64,000 nucleotides of DNA from an uncultured Gammaproteobacteria bacterium (GCA_964500725.1 CAZCNP010000001.1:766-64765), one strand, 5' to 3'. Counted from the first letter of the stretch, positions 1 to 10,059 are shown. The notes: generated by a model from the sequence alone, not told the origin. Numbers and translations: made by a program.

Positions 1-147
1 TTTCATCTTACTTGTTGTCCTAAAACACTAACTTTCTATGCTCTAGCCTCATACAGTCACAATAAGCAAAATTCCTCTCAGTTGTCCATACCTCAAAATA
101 CGCTCTTCTCTGTATGATGCAATACCTTAGATAGAGGTTTGCAACCA

Positions 148-268
148 CAAAAAAAGACCCCTTGTAGGCTAAATTGCCTTAAGGAGTCTTGAGTTCGACT
201 CTGACCCGACACGGCAATCAGCCTCAGCCCTTTAATACGCTAAGCCGATAGCCATGTCTTTCTATCTT
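148..268 (-). ncRNA. Putative structured small RNA / attenuator leader ending in an intrinsic terminator
   Basis: Extended -10 TGGTATAAT at ~278-286 (-); stem AAGACTCCTT..AAGGGGTCTT then T-run; alternative pairing GGCTGATTGCC/GGCAATTTAGCC. Confidence 0.45.
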
Positions 269-343
269 CTGGTATTAATTATACCATGTCATAATATAAA
301 GAGTATATATACATAATTAATCTGTAATACATAAAAGATATTA

Positions 344-371
344 TAGACAAAAAAACCTACAGCCTTACAAT
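344..371 (+). promoter_or_regulatory. Promoter TAGACA-16nt-TACAAT, leaderless start of DNRLRE gene
   Basis: -10 is 6 nt before ATG 378; near-identical architecture at 9455-9482. Confidence 0.5.
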
Positions 372-377
372 GTAACT

Positions 378-1011
378 ATGGCAGAAGTAACAATTCAACT
401 AGGCACAGGCGGATTCTCAGCTTCCATGCAGCAGGAAGACGCGGATGCAGCAAGCGGTGCGATATCCCTAGCAATGGGGGAAGACAATACCTTTACCCAA
501 CTATTCAGGGGTGGATTAAAGTTCGGATTGACTGATATTCCCCAAGGATCAACAATCAACTCTGCAACCCTAACCTTAACCTATGAACAAGCAGGCAACT
601 GGCGGTCGAGCAACAACAGGACGTGCAGGGTATACAGGTGTTTAAGGGCTTTTGTTAACAATGAAATGACCTGGAATTCCTACTCAACAGGTAATGCGTG
701 GGGTACAGCAGGTGCAGGCAACACCACTACTGACAGGGGAAGCAGCAGACATAGGCACAGCCACCTTTGCGACTACAGCCAATGTTGACGATACAATCAG
801 CTTTACCTTAACAGCAGCTAAGATACAGGAAATGATTACAGGGGGTGTATTCACCAATAATGGCTTTATCCTAAAGGTAGATACAGAAAGCTCAGACAGA
901 TACCAGTTCATAGGTTCAGGGGGGACAGCAGCAAAAAGGCCCAAGCTTGTAATTGACTATACTGCACCAATTGTTGAACAAAAGAACCGTAGCTATGCCT
1001 ACTTCATGTGA
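378..1011 (+). pseudogene. DNRLRE-domain (virion/surface) protein split by a +1 frameshift at G4 736-739
   Basis: ORF1 has FGLTDIPQGSTINSATLTL/TWNSY..W; ORF2 has NNGFILK..RPKLVIDYT; deleting one G gives continuous TTTDREAADIG. Confidence 0.7.
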
Positions 1012-1389
1012 CTTAAAGATTGCGAACCGGGTTCCGAATCTCCTAAAGGGTAAATTTCTAAAAATTCCAGAAAAAAAATTTAAGATTAATTTTTAACTTT
1101 GGGTAAATTTTATAAAAAATATAAAAAATAATTTTCAGATCTTTGTATAGCTATTCTTCTACCTAACCCTTTACCCTATATTCTACAGAGGGGGTATGAC
1201 ATTTCATAAGGTACACCACCCACCACCAGGAGGGGGGGATTGAAAACACATGCCCCTATACCTTGAGTAGGGAAACTAGGATAGCAGGGGATTTAGAAAT
1301 AAGGATTTAAGATATGGTGTTTGTTACTCACTAAGTGGACTTTTAGGATAAAGGGAAGAAAACAGTCCGGATAATATACTTAGTATTAC

Positions 1390-1767
1390 TTATCCCTTAT
1401 CGTTATCTATTGAATTATTGCTTTCTAATTGTCTTAGTCTTTTTTCCATATCCGTCTTTTCAACGGTCTCTAAATATATCTTTGAAAGGTGGGCTAGGTC
1501 CCGGGCTGGTATTGTCTTATCGCCTTTGCCTACACTTGTTAATGTAGCCTCAAGTAGTGTCTTTATATCTGCTATTCCTTTTACCTTAAAGTCTTTCAAA
1601 TCTAATGGTCTTTGGAATCTTCCGAATCCACCTTTTTGACTCATTTGTTGTCTAAGTTTTAAGTCCTCAGGGCAATGAAATATACACAAAACCTTTGAAC
1701 TCTTAAATCTACTTGCTCTACAAGGTAAACCCGTCTCTTTATTTTTTGCCTCACATTTTAATGTCAT
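1390..1767 (-). CDS. Terminase small subunit-like protein (C-x-A..G-x-P-C..C-x-x-H N-terminus)
   Basis: CEAKNKETGLPCRA..CIFH motif, KGG, C-terminal EKRLRQLE coil. Confidence 0.5.
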   Translation of the reverse strand: MTLKCEAKNKETGLPCRASRFKSSKVLCIFHCPEDLKLRQQMSQKGGFGRFQRPLDLKDFKVKGIADIKTLLEATLTSVGKGDKTIPARDLAHLSKIYLETVEKTDMEKRLRQLESNNSIDNDKG

Positions 1768-2063
1768 AATTGTTGCTTACTTTCTGCCAGTCTATACCAA
1801 CTACCGAAAGTCAGCTTTCTGTCCTTAGCCGACCGTTCAATTTCTTTCTGCTTTTCTCTCACTTGGTTTATCTTTTTAGCACCGAAGATTTTTACATATT
1901 CCGCTATTCTCTTGGTGGCATTTGTTGTGTCCGCAAACCCATATTCCAATTGTGTGAAATAATAGTCAACCATTAGGCGGTCCAGACGTGTCATATTATC
2001 CTTATCTTTAAGGTTCTTTTCCAAGATTTTAAGCCGGCTATCAATTGATACACCTGATGGCAT
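1764..2063 (-). CDS. Hypothetical element protein
   Basis: 99-aa ORF, SD AGGAG, overlaps next gene (ATGA). Confidence 0.65.
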   Translation of the reverse strand: MPSGVSIDSRLKILEKNLKDKDNMTRLDRLMVDYYFTQLEYGFADTTNATKRIAEYVKIFGAKKINQVREKQKEIERSAKDRKLTFGSWYRLAESKQQL

Positions 2064-2064
2064 T

Positions 2065-2430
2065 TTAGTTACTCTCCTTATTGTATCTTTTCTTTAAATC
2101 TTCAGTTAAGACAACAGTAACCGTTTTAGCTAACGCTTCAATATCTTTGCTGTATTTTTCAATTAGGAGTTCCTTTATCCTGGCTGAATGTTCAGCTGTT
2201 GTAACACTAAATGCAGGCAAGGTTACGTCTTCGCTCTTAACAAGCTTTGCTACATCCGCTGCCTGTTGGTTCGTCAATGCTTCTGCTTCCTTGGGATACT
2301 CTTTCCTGAATACTGCATAGAAATATTCTAGTGCTAACCTTTCCGCGAGCTGTTCAATCTCTCGCTCTCTGATAACAACTAAAACTGGTTTTCCATCTTC
2401 TAGTTCTTCTTTTTTAATTGTGTAATCCAT
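2065..2430 (-). CDS. Hypothetical element protein (likely start MDYTIKK)
   Basis: ORF in operon; GAGGTG SD before ATG 2430. Confidence 0.6.
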   Translation of the reverse strand: MDYTIKKEELEDGKPVLVVIREREIEQLAERLALEYFYAVFRKEYPKEAEALTNQQAADVAKLVKSEDVTLPAFSVTTAEHSARIKELLIEKYSKDIEALAKTVTVVLTEDLKKRYNKESN

Positions 2431-2435
2431 ATTAT

Positions 2436-2645
2436 TCACCTCGCTTCCTTTATTGATTTTTCCCATTCAATCGGCACCATTGGATTCATTTCTATAAAGA
2501 ATGTGTGAACAAAATCATTAGCTTTTGGCATTATCTTTAGTTTTCCTGCATCTAAGCCTTTGATTATCCCTTCTAAAAATATCGTTCTGAATTTATGCTT
2601 ACCCCTATCAGTTAGATTGTTATATTCCATTATTTCATTATCCAT
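2436..2645 (-). CDS. Hypothetical element protein
   Basis: 69-aa ORF, translationally coupled. Confidence 0.6.
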   Translation of the reverse strand: MDNEIMEYNNLTDRGKHKFRTIFLEGIIKGLDAGKLKIMPKANDFVHTFFIEMNPMVPIEWEKSIKEAR

Positions 2646-2955
2646 TGTTCTTCCCTTCTAATAGTTTGGCTCGCTCTGCCAGCATAGCTTCCATTTTCTC
2701 CATCTTAAATGCCGGAACGATTGAACCTGTCTTGCCTGTCCCCATGTTTAACAGGGTTTGCTGGTACTCGATCATTAACTTATCCAAAAAGTCTTTTATC
2801 TTTTGCTGTAAAGCTGATAAATAGCCAGGCTTTACCATTTCTTCTTTTAGGATACTGAGCAAGTATTCATTATCACCGTTATTAACCATGAGAGAGCCTA
2901 GGATATAACTTTGAATCATCATCAGCACTTTAGTTTTGTTTTCTTGGTTTTCCAT
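2638..2955 (-). CDS. Hypothetical element protein (likely start MENQENK)
   Basis: ORF with GGAAGGA SD, overlaps neighbours. Confidence 0.6.
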   Translation of the reverse strand: MENQENKTKVLMMIQSYILGSLMVNNGDNEYLLSILKEEMVKPGYLSALQQKIKDFLDKLMIEYQQTLLNMGTGKTGSIVPAFKMEKMEAMLAERAKLLEGKNNG

Positions 2956-3652
2956 AATTCCTTCCAAATCGTGTTGTGTGAGATTCTAAAATGCTCTTTT
3001 TTTCGGCTTTGGTTAATCCGCCTTTTTGAAAAGATTGATACCTTTTAATCAGTGGTTCAAGGTGTGTACATTTTGCGCACAACGGTCTTTTTCTGACATC
3101 CTTAGTAAGAACGTCCGTATCACAAATCTCACAGGTTGCTAAACTTAACTGTCTGTTTTTCATTTCCCGTTGTTTTTCTAAGGGTAAATCTGATTTTGTA
3201 GTCTTGGGTTTTTCGTAAGCTGATAACAACTTTCCGAATTTCTCATTTAATCCATTTTGTTTCATAAGGATTCTGACATAATTAGCCAACCGATCGAGCC
3301 TGCTCTCACCTGGAAGGGGTGCTACCATTTTATCTTCCAATGCCCTGATAGTTCCTAATATATCCTCGATCTGGTTGCTCTTAGATTTAACTACTGCATA
3401 ATCAACCAAGTCGCCTACTTTTTCCTTAACCAGATAATCATTATTTTTAGGAATACCCAAAAAGTTAAGAGTTTCATAAAAGGTGGGTGAGCTTCTGTAA
3501 TCATCCTGTGGGATCAATTCTTTTGCTGCTTCAAAATCTTCGGACGTTATCTGGTCTTCCTGGGAAACCTGGTTATCCTGCGTCTCCGGCTGTTCCTGAG
3601 GATTATCAGTAGGTACATCTGTGTATATTGGCTGGGCAGTATTTTCATCCAT
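2930..3652 (-). CDS. Hypothetical protein, acidic N-terminus and C-terminal CxxC..CxxC
   Basis: 240-aa ORF; TTGACA/TATTCT promoter upstream. Confidence 0.7.
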   Translation of the reverse strand: MDENTAQPIYTDVPTDNPQEQPETQDNQVSQEDQITSEDFEAAKELIPQDDYRSSPTFYETLNFLGIPKNNDYLVKEKVGDLVDYAVVKSKSNQIEDILGTIRALEDKMVAPLPGESRLDRLANYVRILMKQNGLNEKFGKLLSAYEKPKTTKSDLPLEKQREMKNRQLSLATCEICDTDVLTKDVRKRPLCAKCTHLEPLIKRYQSFQKGGLTKAEKKSILESHTTRFGRNYGKPRKQN

Positions 3653-3795
3653 AGTTTTGGTGCATGGGCAGTAGATAGTTACCCTTTAAAAGGCGCTTAA
3701 GGCCACCCATGCGTATTTTTTCTTAAGCCTATATAGAATAACGGCCTAGGAAATTCTGTCAACTAGCAAAGCAGCTAGGTTGTGTTGGCTACCAG

Positions 3796-4137
3796 CTAGT
3801 CCTCGTACAGTGCCTGCCGGTAGCAGCTCTTGCAATAATAAATTAATTTTCCCTCTTCCGCTTCGGTCTCTACCCTTTCACCGCTTAAAGGCTCGTTGCA
3901 GCCGTAGCAGTGACTTCTTTGAAAGATCAACAGTTCATTTTTTAACACCTGCCTAGTCCTACCAACTTTGCCCCTACAGTTTTTGCAATATTTTGCATTA
4001 CTTTTTGTGGCAAATGCTGTTTGGCAATTAAAGCAAACGCTGACATGCGATCTTGGTCGGTATTCCGTCTTTGGTTTCTCGCCAAAGTTTTTAGGTAGGA
4101 TTGTTTTGCCTTGTTTATCCCAGTTTGCAAAGCGCAT
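3796..4137 (-). CDS. Zinc-finger protein (four CxxC pairs)
   Basis: CFNC, CKNC, CYGC, CKSC. Confidence 0.65.
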   Translation of the reverse strand: MRFANWDKQGKTILPKNFGEKPKTEYRPRSHVSVCFNCQTAFATKSNAKYCKNCRGKVGRTRQVLKNELLIFQRSHCYGCNEPLSGERVETEAEEGKLIYYCKSCYRQALYED

Positions 4138-4142
4138 TTAAC

Positions 4143-4511
4143 CTACACCCCCCATTTACTATCTTTTAAAACTTCTTGCGCCTGTTGGTCCCACTTTCTT
4201 TTTTCCAGTTCAAACCTTCTAGCTTCCTGGCTGGCGTCATAAACCCTATCTTGGATTCTGCTTACTTGGCTATCCTGAACATTAGAGAGCTTTCTAGCCC
4301 ATGAAGTTTCCTGTTTGCTGTGCATCCGTACAGGTTCCAGTTGCTTCTTTAACTTTTCCTGTCTCTCTGCTGCATCTCTTTTGGTAAAAGCTGCAATTCT
4401 GTGAGCAAAAATATCCCTTCCGGTAAATCGCTCACCTTTTTCCAGTTCTATTTTTCTTATCTCAGCTGCCGTGGTTGAATCAATATTATCTGTTGTAAAT
4501 GCTTGTGACAT
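4143..4511 (-). CDS. Hypothetical element protein
   Basis: 122 aa, SD GGAGGT. Confidence 0.7.
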   Translation of the reverse strand: MSQAFTTDNIDSTTAAEIRKIELEKGERFTGRDIFAHRIAAFTKRDAAERQEKLKKQLEPVRMHSKQETSWARKLSNVQDSQVSRIQDRVYDASQEARRFELEKRKWDQQAQEVLKDSKWGV

Positions 4512-4529
4512 TATTTGTACACCTCCTTC

Positions 4530-4829
4530 CTATGGTGAATAGTTAATATAAAATAGCTTCCAGTTCTCGTTAATATATTGAGTCGGTGTAACACTTAAGG
4601 CTATAAGTGTCTCAATCAATAAAGTTCCTATATATGGCGTATTACTTGGCGTACCTAACGCGTCTGTGATTACTTTACGCAACCATTGCTTTGTCTGGTC
4701 TGGTAAAGTTCCTGTGAAGGATTGACCGTTAAAATAAGTTCTTTTTAATTGGTCAATCGTAACCTGGGCTGTACCAGGATTTACCCTAGCCAGCAACCAA
4801 TCCCTCTCCAGTTGTTGTAAGCTTGCCAT
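4530..4829 (-). CDS. Hypothetical element protein
   Basis: 99 aa, SD AGGAGG. Confidence 0.7.
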   Translation of the reverse strand: MASLQQLERDWLLARVNPGTAQVTIDQLKRTYFNGQSFTGTLPDQTKQWLRKVITDALGTPSNTPYIGTLLIETLIALSVTPTQYINENWKLFYINYSP

Positions 4830-4993
4830 TATATGCCCCTCCTGTAATATGACTGACTAAACGCTAGATCCTTCTGCTCCTTACACGGCTTGCAACGTAC
4901 CGGTTCATTAAAGTTTCTTTTTTTAAAATACTCCTGATCCTTAGTTCCAAAAGTAAAAAATTCTCCACAATCTACACATTTTATTTTTTTCAT
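4829..4993 (-). CDS. Zinc-ribbon (zf-trcl-like) small protein, 54 aa, absent from ORF track
   Basis: MKKIKCVDCGEFFTFGTKDQEYFKKRNFNEPVRCKPCKE; overlaps both neighbours (ATGA, TAATG). Confidence 0.75.
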   Translation of the reverse strand: MKKIKCVDCGEFFTFGTKDQEYFKKRNFNEPVRCKPCKEQKDLAFSQSYYRRGI

Positions 4994-7900
4994 AGTGATT
5001 GCCTTAACATTAATTTTTTAGTAGACAATGGTGTGAAAAGTCGCTTCGGCAGCTTTGGAACCATTATCTTTGCTGGTGTTATTTTATTAATACTTGGACT
5101 AATTTTCCTAATAGGTAAAAACTTTAATTTTTTAGGTCGTGTGTAGTTGCCTGTGGGTGTATCAAGAGTGCCTTTGCTGTAAGCAATTAGCTGATCCAAC
5201 ATTTTTTTCTGTTCTTTGGAAATGTCCCCATCGTCCAACCACTTAGCCGTTACTCCGGTTGATAAAACTTCAACCTCTGCTAAATAAAGAGCTGTCTTTT
5301 TGAATTCCTCATTTGCTAGTCCTTTCAGTGTTCCCTTGATAAACTTACCCCTGCTGCCGTTCTCAACTGATAGTCCCTTCATCATAATTACACTGGCTGT
5401 TTCCCAGCTCAAGCCTTGCTTTTGTAGTATTTCTTCTGTTTGTGCTCTCGGTAGGCCCAAATCAAAAACATCTTTTATTGTTTTCTCGTTTTGGGACATT
5501 TCCCTTTCATTCATCAAAGCATCAAGTAGGGGATCGCCTGTAGGATTCTGTTTAGTTGGTTCTGTAGCTTTTTGTTTAAATAATCCAAACAAATCAAATC
5601 CTGACTTGGGCTGTAAGTCCGGTTTCACTTCCCTGGACCGAATAATCATATTGTGGGCTTCTGTGGGCTTATATCCTGAATTCAGTAATAGTTTGTATGT
5701 TGCTGTTTCTGCCTCTGATAATGGTCTGCCGTCGTCATAATATTGCTGTGCGCCAGAGGTAGTCGTAGGTCCGAAAATAGCAGCTTGTGGACCTTGCACC
5801 GGATACCTTAAACGTCCTGTTTCGGTATAACTTCCACCTTCTCCGATTGCCTTTGTTCCCTCAAAGGTTTTCTTAATCTGTGCACCTGCCGGAAGATAAT
5901 TTATAGCACCTTTCACTACATTTTTATTTAATATACGGTCCTGTAGGCTTAGCGGATTACCATAGGCGTCCTGATCCTGAGTAACAGCTTGAGTTGCACC
6001 GTAGGGTAACTGCAAAGTAGGTGGTACTCCTATCCTTATTGTTGGTATCAAATCTTCAACTTTCATTCCCCATAACCTGCCTAAGGTTGATACCATAAAT
6101 AGGGAAGCGCCTGTCCATCTAACAAGCCCTGCAAAGTCTTTATTTTTTATCATGCCACCCAAAAACTCACCTTGTTTTAAGGTATAGGATTGAAATTGAC
6201 CTAATGTTTTAGCAAGGTCTGAAGAAAGAATCTGAGGAGTATCAATACTGCCAAATGTGAATTGAGTTTCTCTTACCAGTTGCTTTGCATACTTAACCGC
6301 CTCTGCCTCGCTCATGCCCTGACTGATAGCTTTTGCCTTTGCGCCCCAAAAAGCTGCACCCCTGTTGATTTTTTCAGCTAGGTTGAATAGATAAAAAAGG
6401 CCTTCGTCAATCTTTTGCATCGTCTGTTTTGTTGCACTGAGTGTCCGGTCTTCAATTATGTTATTTGCTAAAACTCCCACATCGTGCAGCTCTGTGTCTT
6501 TGCCTGCTAAAAACTTCGGCATATTTTGTAAGACCTTTGTATATCCGATTAAGGTATATTTTTCGCCTAATTTTGCGTAAGTGTTGGCGCCCTGGGTAAG
6601 ATTTAGTAAGGCAGTTTTAACATTGAGCCCCAAAAGTCCCCGGTAAACCATTTGTCGGGCTTTTTGAGTGATAACCGTTAGGGGTCTTGCTCCCATTCTG
6701 TAGCCAAAAGGTGAGGACTTAATGGCATTGTCGATCAAATTATCAATATCCGAGGGCCTCATATTTATACGATCAATCCGGGATTTAACGTACCTGAACT
6801 GCGAATCCTCCAAGCCTTCAGCTGCGTCACTTATCTTTTTTAGCACAGGGTCCAAGTTTACTTTCCTGACGGCCCTTTTTGTGTAAGCATCAAGCGATCG
6901 CCAAACATCCTCAATATAGCCTTGTTTTCCTAGCCGTTGCTCAACAAAAGGATCATAAACTGAACCAGCTACTTTGTCTCGGATTAATTTTGCAAAATCC
7001 GGATCAAATTCTTTTTTTATTAAGTCCTGGTCGAAAATGTGTGTAATGTAATTTGTGATCCTTTTCTCTTTCGGCAAACCCAACCTTTCGGCCCAATTAG
7101 ATAGATAACCTTTGATCTCTTCTGCAACCTTTAACTCTTCCCCCTGCAAAATAGTATTTTTTCCATCTAGCCATTGAAAGATTTTTTGATTTGATTCAGG
7201 CAAAACACGCTTACTCCAATCCGTAATCCTTTGAATCTCTTGCGGTAGTTCTGTTTGATAGCTGTCAAAAGCAGTCCGGAGCTGCTCCGCCTGTTTTCCT
7301 AAACCTATTTTATTAAGTACATATTCGGGTGTTCTGAAATAGTCCAGAATGTTTACCTTTGATTTAACATCAATGCTGCTTTTTAAAGAATTTTCAAAGG
7401 CACTGGCTGAATCGTAATTACCTTGCGATTTAATCCAGTCCAAAGGCGTCATATTATTTTCAATAATTTTCTGGCTTTCCTTATATCCGATCTTGTCTAT
7501 CTGGGCTTTTTTAAAACCTCTTGCGATTAAGTCATTCCCGTAATTTAAAAGGTTTGAGAGCCTTGCTTCTTTAGTGGCTGCTGTAGCAATCTTTGCTCCT
7601 ACCTTTGCCCCAACTTGAGTAACGCCCATTGGTGAAAAACTCAAAGCTTGTTCTGCTATTTGCTCCTGAGTTGGCAGTGGATTCTTTTGTGCAAAGTTTG
7701 ATCTACGTCTTAGGCCTTCCGGTGTTTCACCAAATCCTGCAAAACTGGCAACGTCTTTCCCGTAATTGACTGCGGGCTGAATATATCTAGTGTTTACGTT
7801 CTGAAGCCTTTTCTGTAAATTATTTGCCAGTGTATCAATTGTTGGTTTTAAAACCGTATGCGCTTGACCTAAGAAATTTTGAAAACCTTGGTTTAACTCA

Positions 7901-8175
7901 TTCATTTGCGGCTGAGCTATTTTTTTTAATTCGTTTATAAATCGGTCTTGAGCGACTTCAGTCGGTGGGGTAAATCTAGGTAATTGGCTGGGGGGTTGTG
8001 GGGGTAAAGGGTTAAAATTTTGTGGCCGGGGTGTTTGTAAAAAATTCTGAAAACCCGTTTCTAAGTTTTCCAAACCTTGACTCGCTTTCTGGGCAACAGT
8101 ATTAAAGTTGCTAGCAGAAATTATTTTTTTTACGGCTTCTGATCCGAATTTTTCTAATGCCGTCGAAATGCTCAT
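4990..8175 (-). CDS. Large phage virion/DNA-ejection-like (polyvalent-type) protein
   Basis: 1061 aa, low-complexity N-terminus, helical ALLNLTQ..TQF..LGQFQSY region, basic tail. Confidence 0.55.
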   Translation of the reverse strand: MSISTALEKFGSEAVKKIISASNFNTVAQKASQGLENLETGFQNFLQTPRPQNFNPLPPQPPSQLPRFTPPTEVAQDRFINELKKIAQPQMNELNQGFQNFLGQAHTVLKPTIDTLANNLQKRLQNVNTRYIQPAVNYGKDVASFAGFGETPEGLRRRSNFAQKNPLPTQEQIAEQALSFSPMGVTQVGAKVGAKIATAATKEARLSNLLNYGNDLIARGFKKAQIDKIGYKESQKIIENNMTPLDWIKSQGNYDSASAFENSLKSSIDVKSKVNILDYFRTPEYVLNKIGLGKQAEQLRTAFDSYQTELPQEIQRITDWSKRVLPESNQKIFQWLDGKNTILQGEELKVAEEIKGYLSNWAERLGLPKEKRITNYITHIFDQDLIKKEFDPDFAKLIRDKVAGSVYDPFVEQRLGKQGYIEDVWRSLDAYTKRAVRKVNLDPVLKKISDAAEGLEDSQFRYVKSRIDRINMRPSDIDNLIDNAIKSSPFGYRMGARPLTVITQKARQMVYRGLLGLNVKTALLNLTQGANTYAKLGEKYTLIGYTKVLQNMPKFLAGKDTELHDVGVLANNIIEDRTLSATKQTMQKIDEGLFYLFNLAEKINRGAAFWGAKAKAISQGMSEAEAVKYAKQLVRETQFTFGSIDTPQILSSDLAKTLGQFQSYTLKQGEFLGGMIKNKDFAGLVRWTGASLFMVSTLGRLWGMKVEDLIPTIRIGVPPTLQLPYGATQAVTQDQDAYGNPLSLQDRILNKNVVKGAINYLPAGAQIKKTFEGTKAIGEGGSYTETGRLRYPVQGPQAAIFGPTTTSGAQQYYDDGRPLSEAETATYKLLLNSGYKPTEAHNMIIRSREVKPDLQPKSGFDLFGLFKQKATEPTKQNPTGDPLLDALMNEREMSQNEKTIKDVFDLGLPRAQTEEILQKQGLSWETASVIMMKGLSVENGSRGKFIKGTLKGLANEEFKKTALYLAEVEVLSTGVTAKWLDDGDISKEQKKMLDQLIAYSKGTLDTPTGNYTRPKKLKFLPIRKISPSINKITPAKIMVPKLPKRLFTPLSTKKLMLRQSL

Positions 8176-8183
8176 ATTGTAAT

Positions 8184-9362
8184 TTAAACGAAAGGATTTG
8201 TTAGATTTTCATAAGGGTCATCTTTATTACCCTTTGTTGGAGCGTATAAAGAATATGAATTCAAACCTTGGCTTTGTGGGGACAAACTTTGCGAACCAGA
8301 AAAACCGGAATAATCTAAAGTCGGCTGCTGAAGCTGGGAGAAGTTGTTTGCAATTTGCGCGTTTTGCTCGTATTTCCATATTTCTAAATCCCAGAGGGCT
8401 GCTTGGCGAGTAGCCGCTAAATTATCTATTTGTGATTTGTATTGACTCAAGAGCTGAAAAGCATTCCCCGCCTTGGCTGACTTTATTGAACTCTCGTCTG
8501 AAAAAATCTGCATAAGCTGGGCTTGAGCGTTGGCTCTGATTTTTTGCTCTTCCGTAAGGACATTCTCATCAATTTTTCGTCTCTGATTGAAGGCGTATCG
8601 GTCCAGTTGCGCGGCATAATCCTGCAATTTAGCTGTTTGATTTGTATATGAGCGCTCATTTGCCCCTTGCTGTCTGGCAAATTCCTTAGAGGCTATTTCT
8701 GTAGCGGCCATCCCTGCACTGCCCCTACCTCCGAATCTGGCTTGGGATTGCTGTTGAAGGGCTTTATACGAGCGGAGAGCCTCGTCAAAAGCTGACGTTT
8801 TTTCTGCATCTAACGCGCCTTGCGAGGTCTTAATTGTATCAAAACCAAGTTGCTTTTGCTCTTCCACATCTCTCTTCATTTGCTCTTGTTGCAATTTCAA
8901 ATCATTAAGCGCTCCTGGTAAAGAAACGTCATTAATATATGATTTTTGTTGTTGAAGAGTGTCAAAAAGTGGATTATAAATACTATCCAATTGTGCACTC
9001 AAATCCGGCTGACTGTTTGATGAACCATAGCCACGGGCTTGTCTTAATCTGTTTATATCGCCACCCATAGCAGAATTGAAGTCATTAATTGCGGAACCTT
9101 CGGGCCAACCTTGATAAAATGGCGAAATTTGATCCCAAAGAGAACCACCGCCGGAATTATTTTGCTGAGGTGCAGGAGTTGGTGCAGGTGCAGGTTTGGC
9201 AGGCTGTGGGACGTTATAACCTACAACACCGGAACTGCTCAAAGGACTAATCAAGCCTGGCGTTTGGTACGGTGTCAGTTGAGCACTGGTTGAGGTCCGG
9301 TAATTTAAATCTAACGGACTGGTGCTTCTATAAAATAAATCATTTGGTACGTTTAATGCCAT
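8184..9362 (-). CDS. Gln/Ala/Ser-rich coiled-coil protein, putative ejection/pilot protein (likely start MALNVP)
   Basis: Pro-rich N-terminus, long Q-rich coil; ATG 9362 follows a leader terminator. Confidence 0.55.
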   Translation of the reverse strand: MALNVPNDLFYRSTSPLDLNYRTSTSAQLTPYQTPGLISPLSSSGVVGYNVPQPAKPAPAPTPAPQQNNSGGGSLWDQISPFYQGWPEGSAINDFNSAMGGDINRLRQARGYGSSNSQPDLSAQLDSIYNPLFDTLQQQKSYINDVSLPGALNDLKLQQEQMKRDVEEQKQLGFDTIKTSQGALDAEKTSAFDEALRSYKALQQQSQARFGGRGSAGMAATEIASKEFARQQGANERSYTNQTAKLQDYAAQLDRYAFNQRRKIDENVLTEEQKIRANAQAQLMQIFSDESSIKSAKAGNAFQLLSQYKSQIDNLAATRQAALWDLEIWKYEQNAQIANNFSQLQQPTLDYSGFSGSQSLSPQSQGLNSYSLYAPTKGNKDDPYENLTNPFV

Positions 9363-9375
9363 AATTTTTCCCAAT

Positions 9376-9413
9376 AAAAAAGAGCCCTTTGCCGTTTTGG
9401 CTTTTGGACTCTC
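9376..9413 (-). terminator. Leader terminator ahead of virion-protein operon
   Basis: GAGAGTCC..GCC-AAAAC-GGC..GGGCTCT followed by T-run. Confidence 0.5.
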
Positions 9414-9454
9414 TGAATGACCTTTTAAGGTCAAAACAAATATTTGTATTCTCA

Positions 9455-9482
9455 AGTATATAGGCTGTGGAAAAGTTGTCTA
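9455..9482 (-). promoter_or_regulatory. Promoter TAGACA-16nt-TATACT
   Basis: Shares TAGACA and ACAGCCT with the promoter at 344-371. Confidence 0.5.
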
Positions 9483-9703
9483 GATACCAAAATAGGCACA
9501 AATCAAAAAAAACTACCCAAAAATCAAAGGCCCTGTAGTTCGATTTAAGGGCTTACAGATAGTGTCCCCTACTCTTAGGGTCAACTAAACTAAAAATTAC
9601 AGGCACAAAATGAAGCTAAAATAGTGGGGGAGTGGTAGGGTATCAAACTATGTCAAAAATGCCTTAGTTTGGATGAGTATATCAAAGTGTATCAAGAAAA
9701 GAT

Positions 9704-9970
9704 TTAACTGCTGTTTTTCTGTGACGTGGCTATATTACAAAGCTGTTCACAGACGAAGTCCGCAGCTTTTCTATCAGACAAACCGCTGGGCACTTCAACG
9801 TGAATGTTTCTGATTTCTATTGCAAATCGCTCTGCGTCCTCACCAGAGTTAAAATAACCTGGTAAAAAACCTCTTGAGGTTTCTTTATTCACAAGAACTG
9901 CAATTGCTGCCTGGAACTTGCCTGTTTGATGATCTTGCCTCACTCCTTTGATTTCAACTTTGTAATTCAT
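9704..9970 (-). CDS. Hypothetical protein divergent from replication operon
   Basis: 88-aa ORF, -10-like TAATAT just upstream. Confidence 0.55.
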   Translation of the reverse strand: MNYKVEIKGVRQDHQTGKFQAAIAVLVNKETSRGFLPGYFNSGEDAERFAIEIRNIHVEVPSGLSDRKAADFVCEQLCNIATSQKNSS

Positions 9971-10059
9971 TATTTTAATATTACCAGAACCTTAAAACAT
10001 ATCTAAGCCTATAGATATTTTGGTCTTATTTTGCGCACAAAATGCTTTTAAGTTGCCCC

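Noticed and set aside
191-201. GAGTTCGACTC as a tRNA T-arm or att site
   Set aside because: No cloverleaf and no match to the tRNA-Val 3' half
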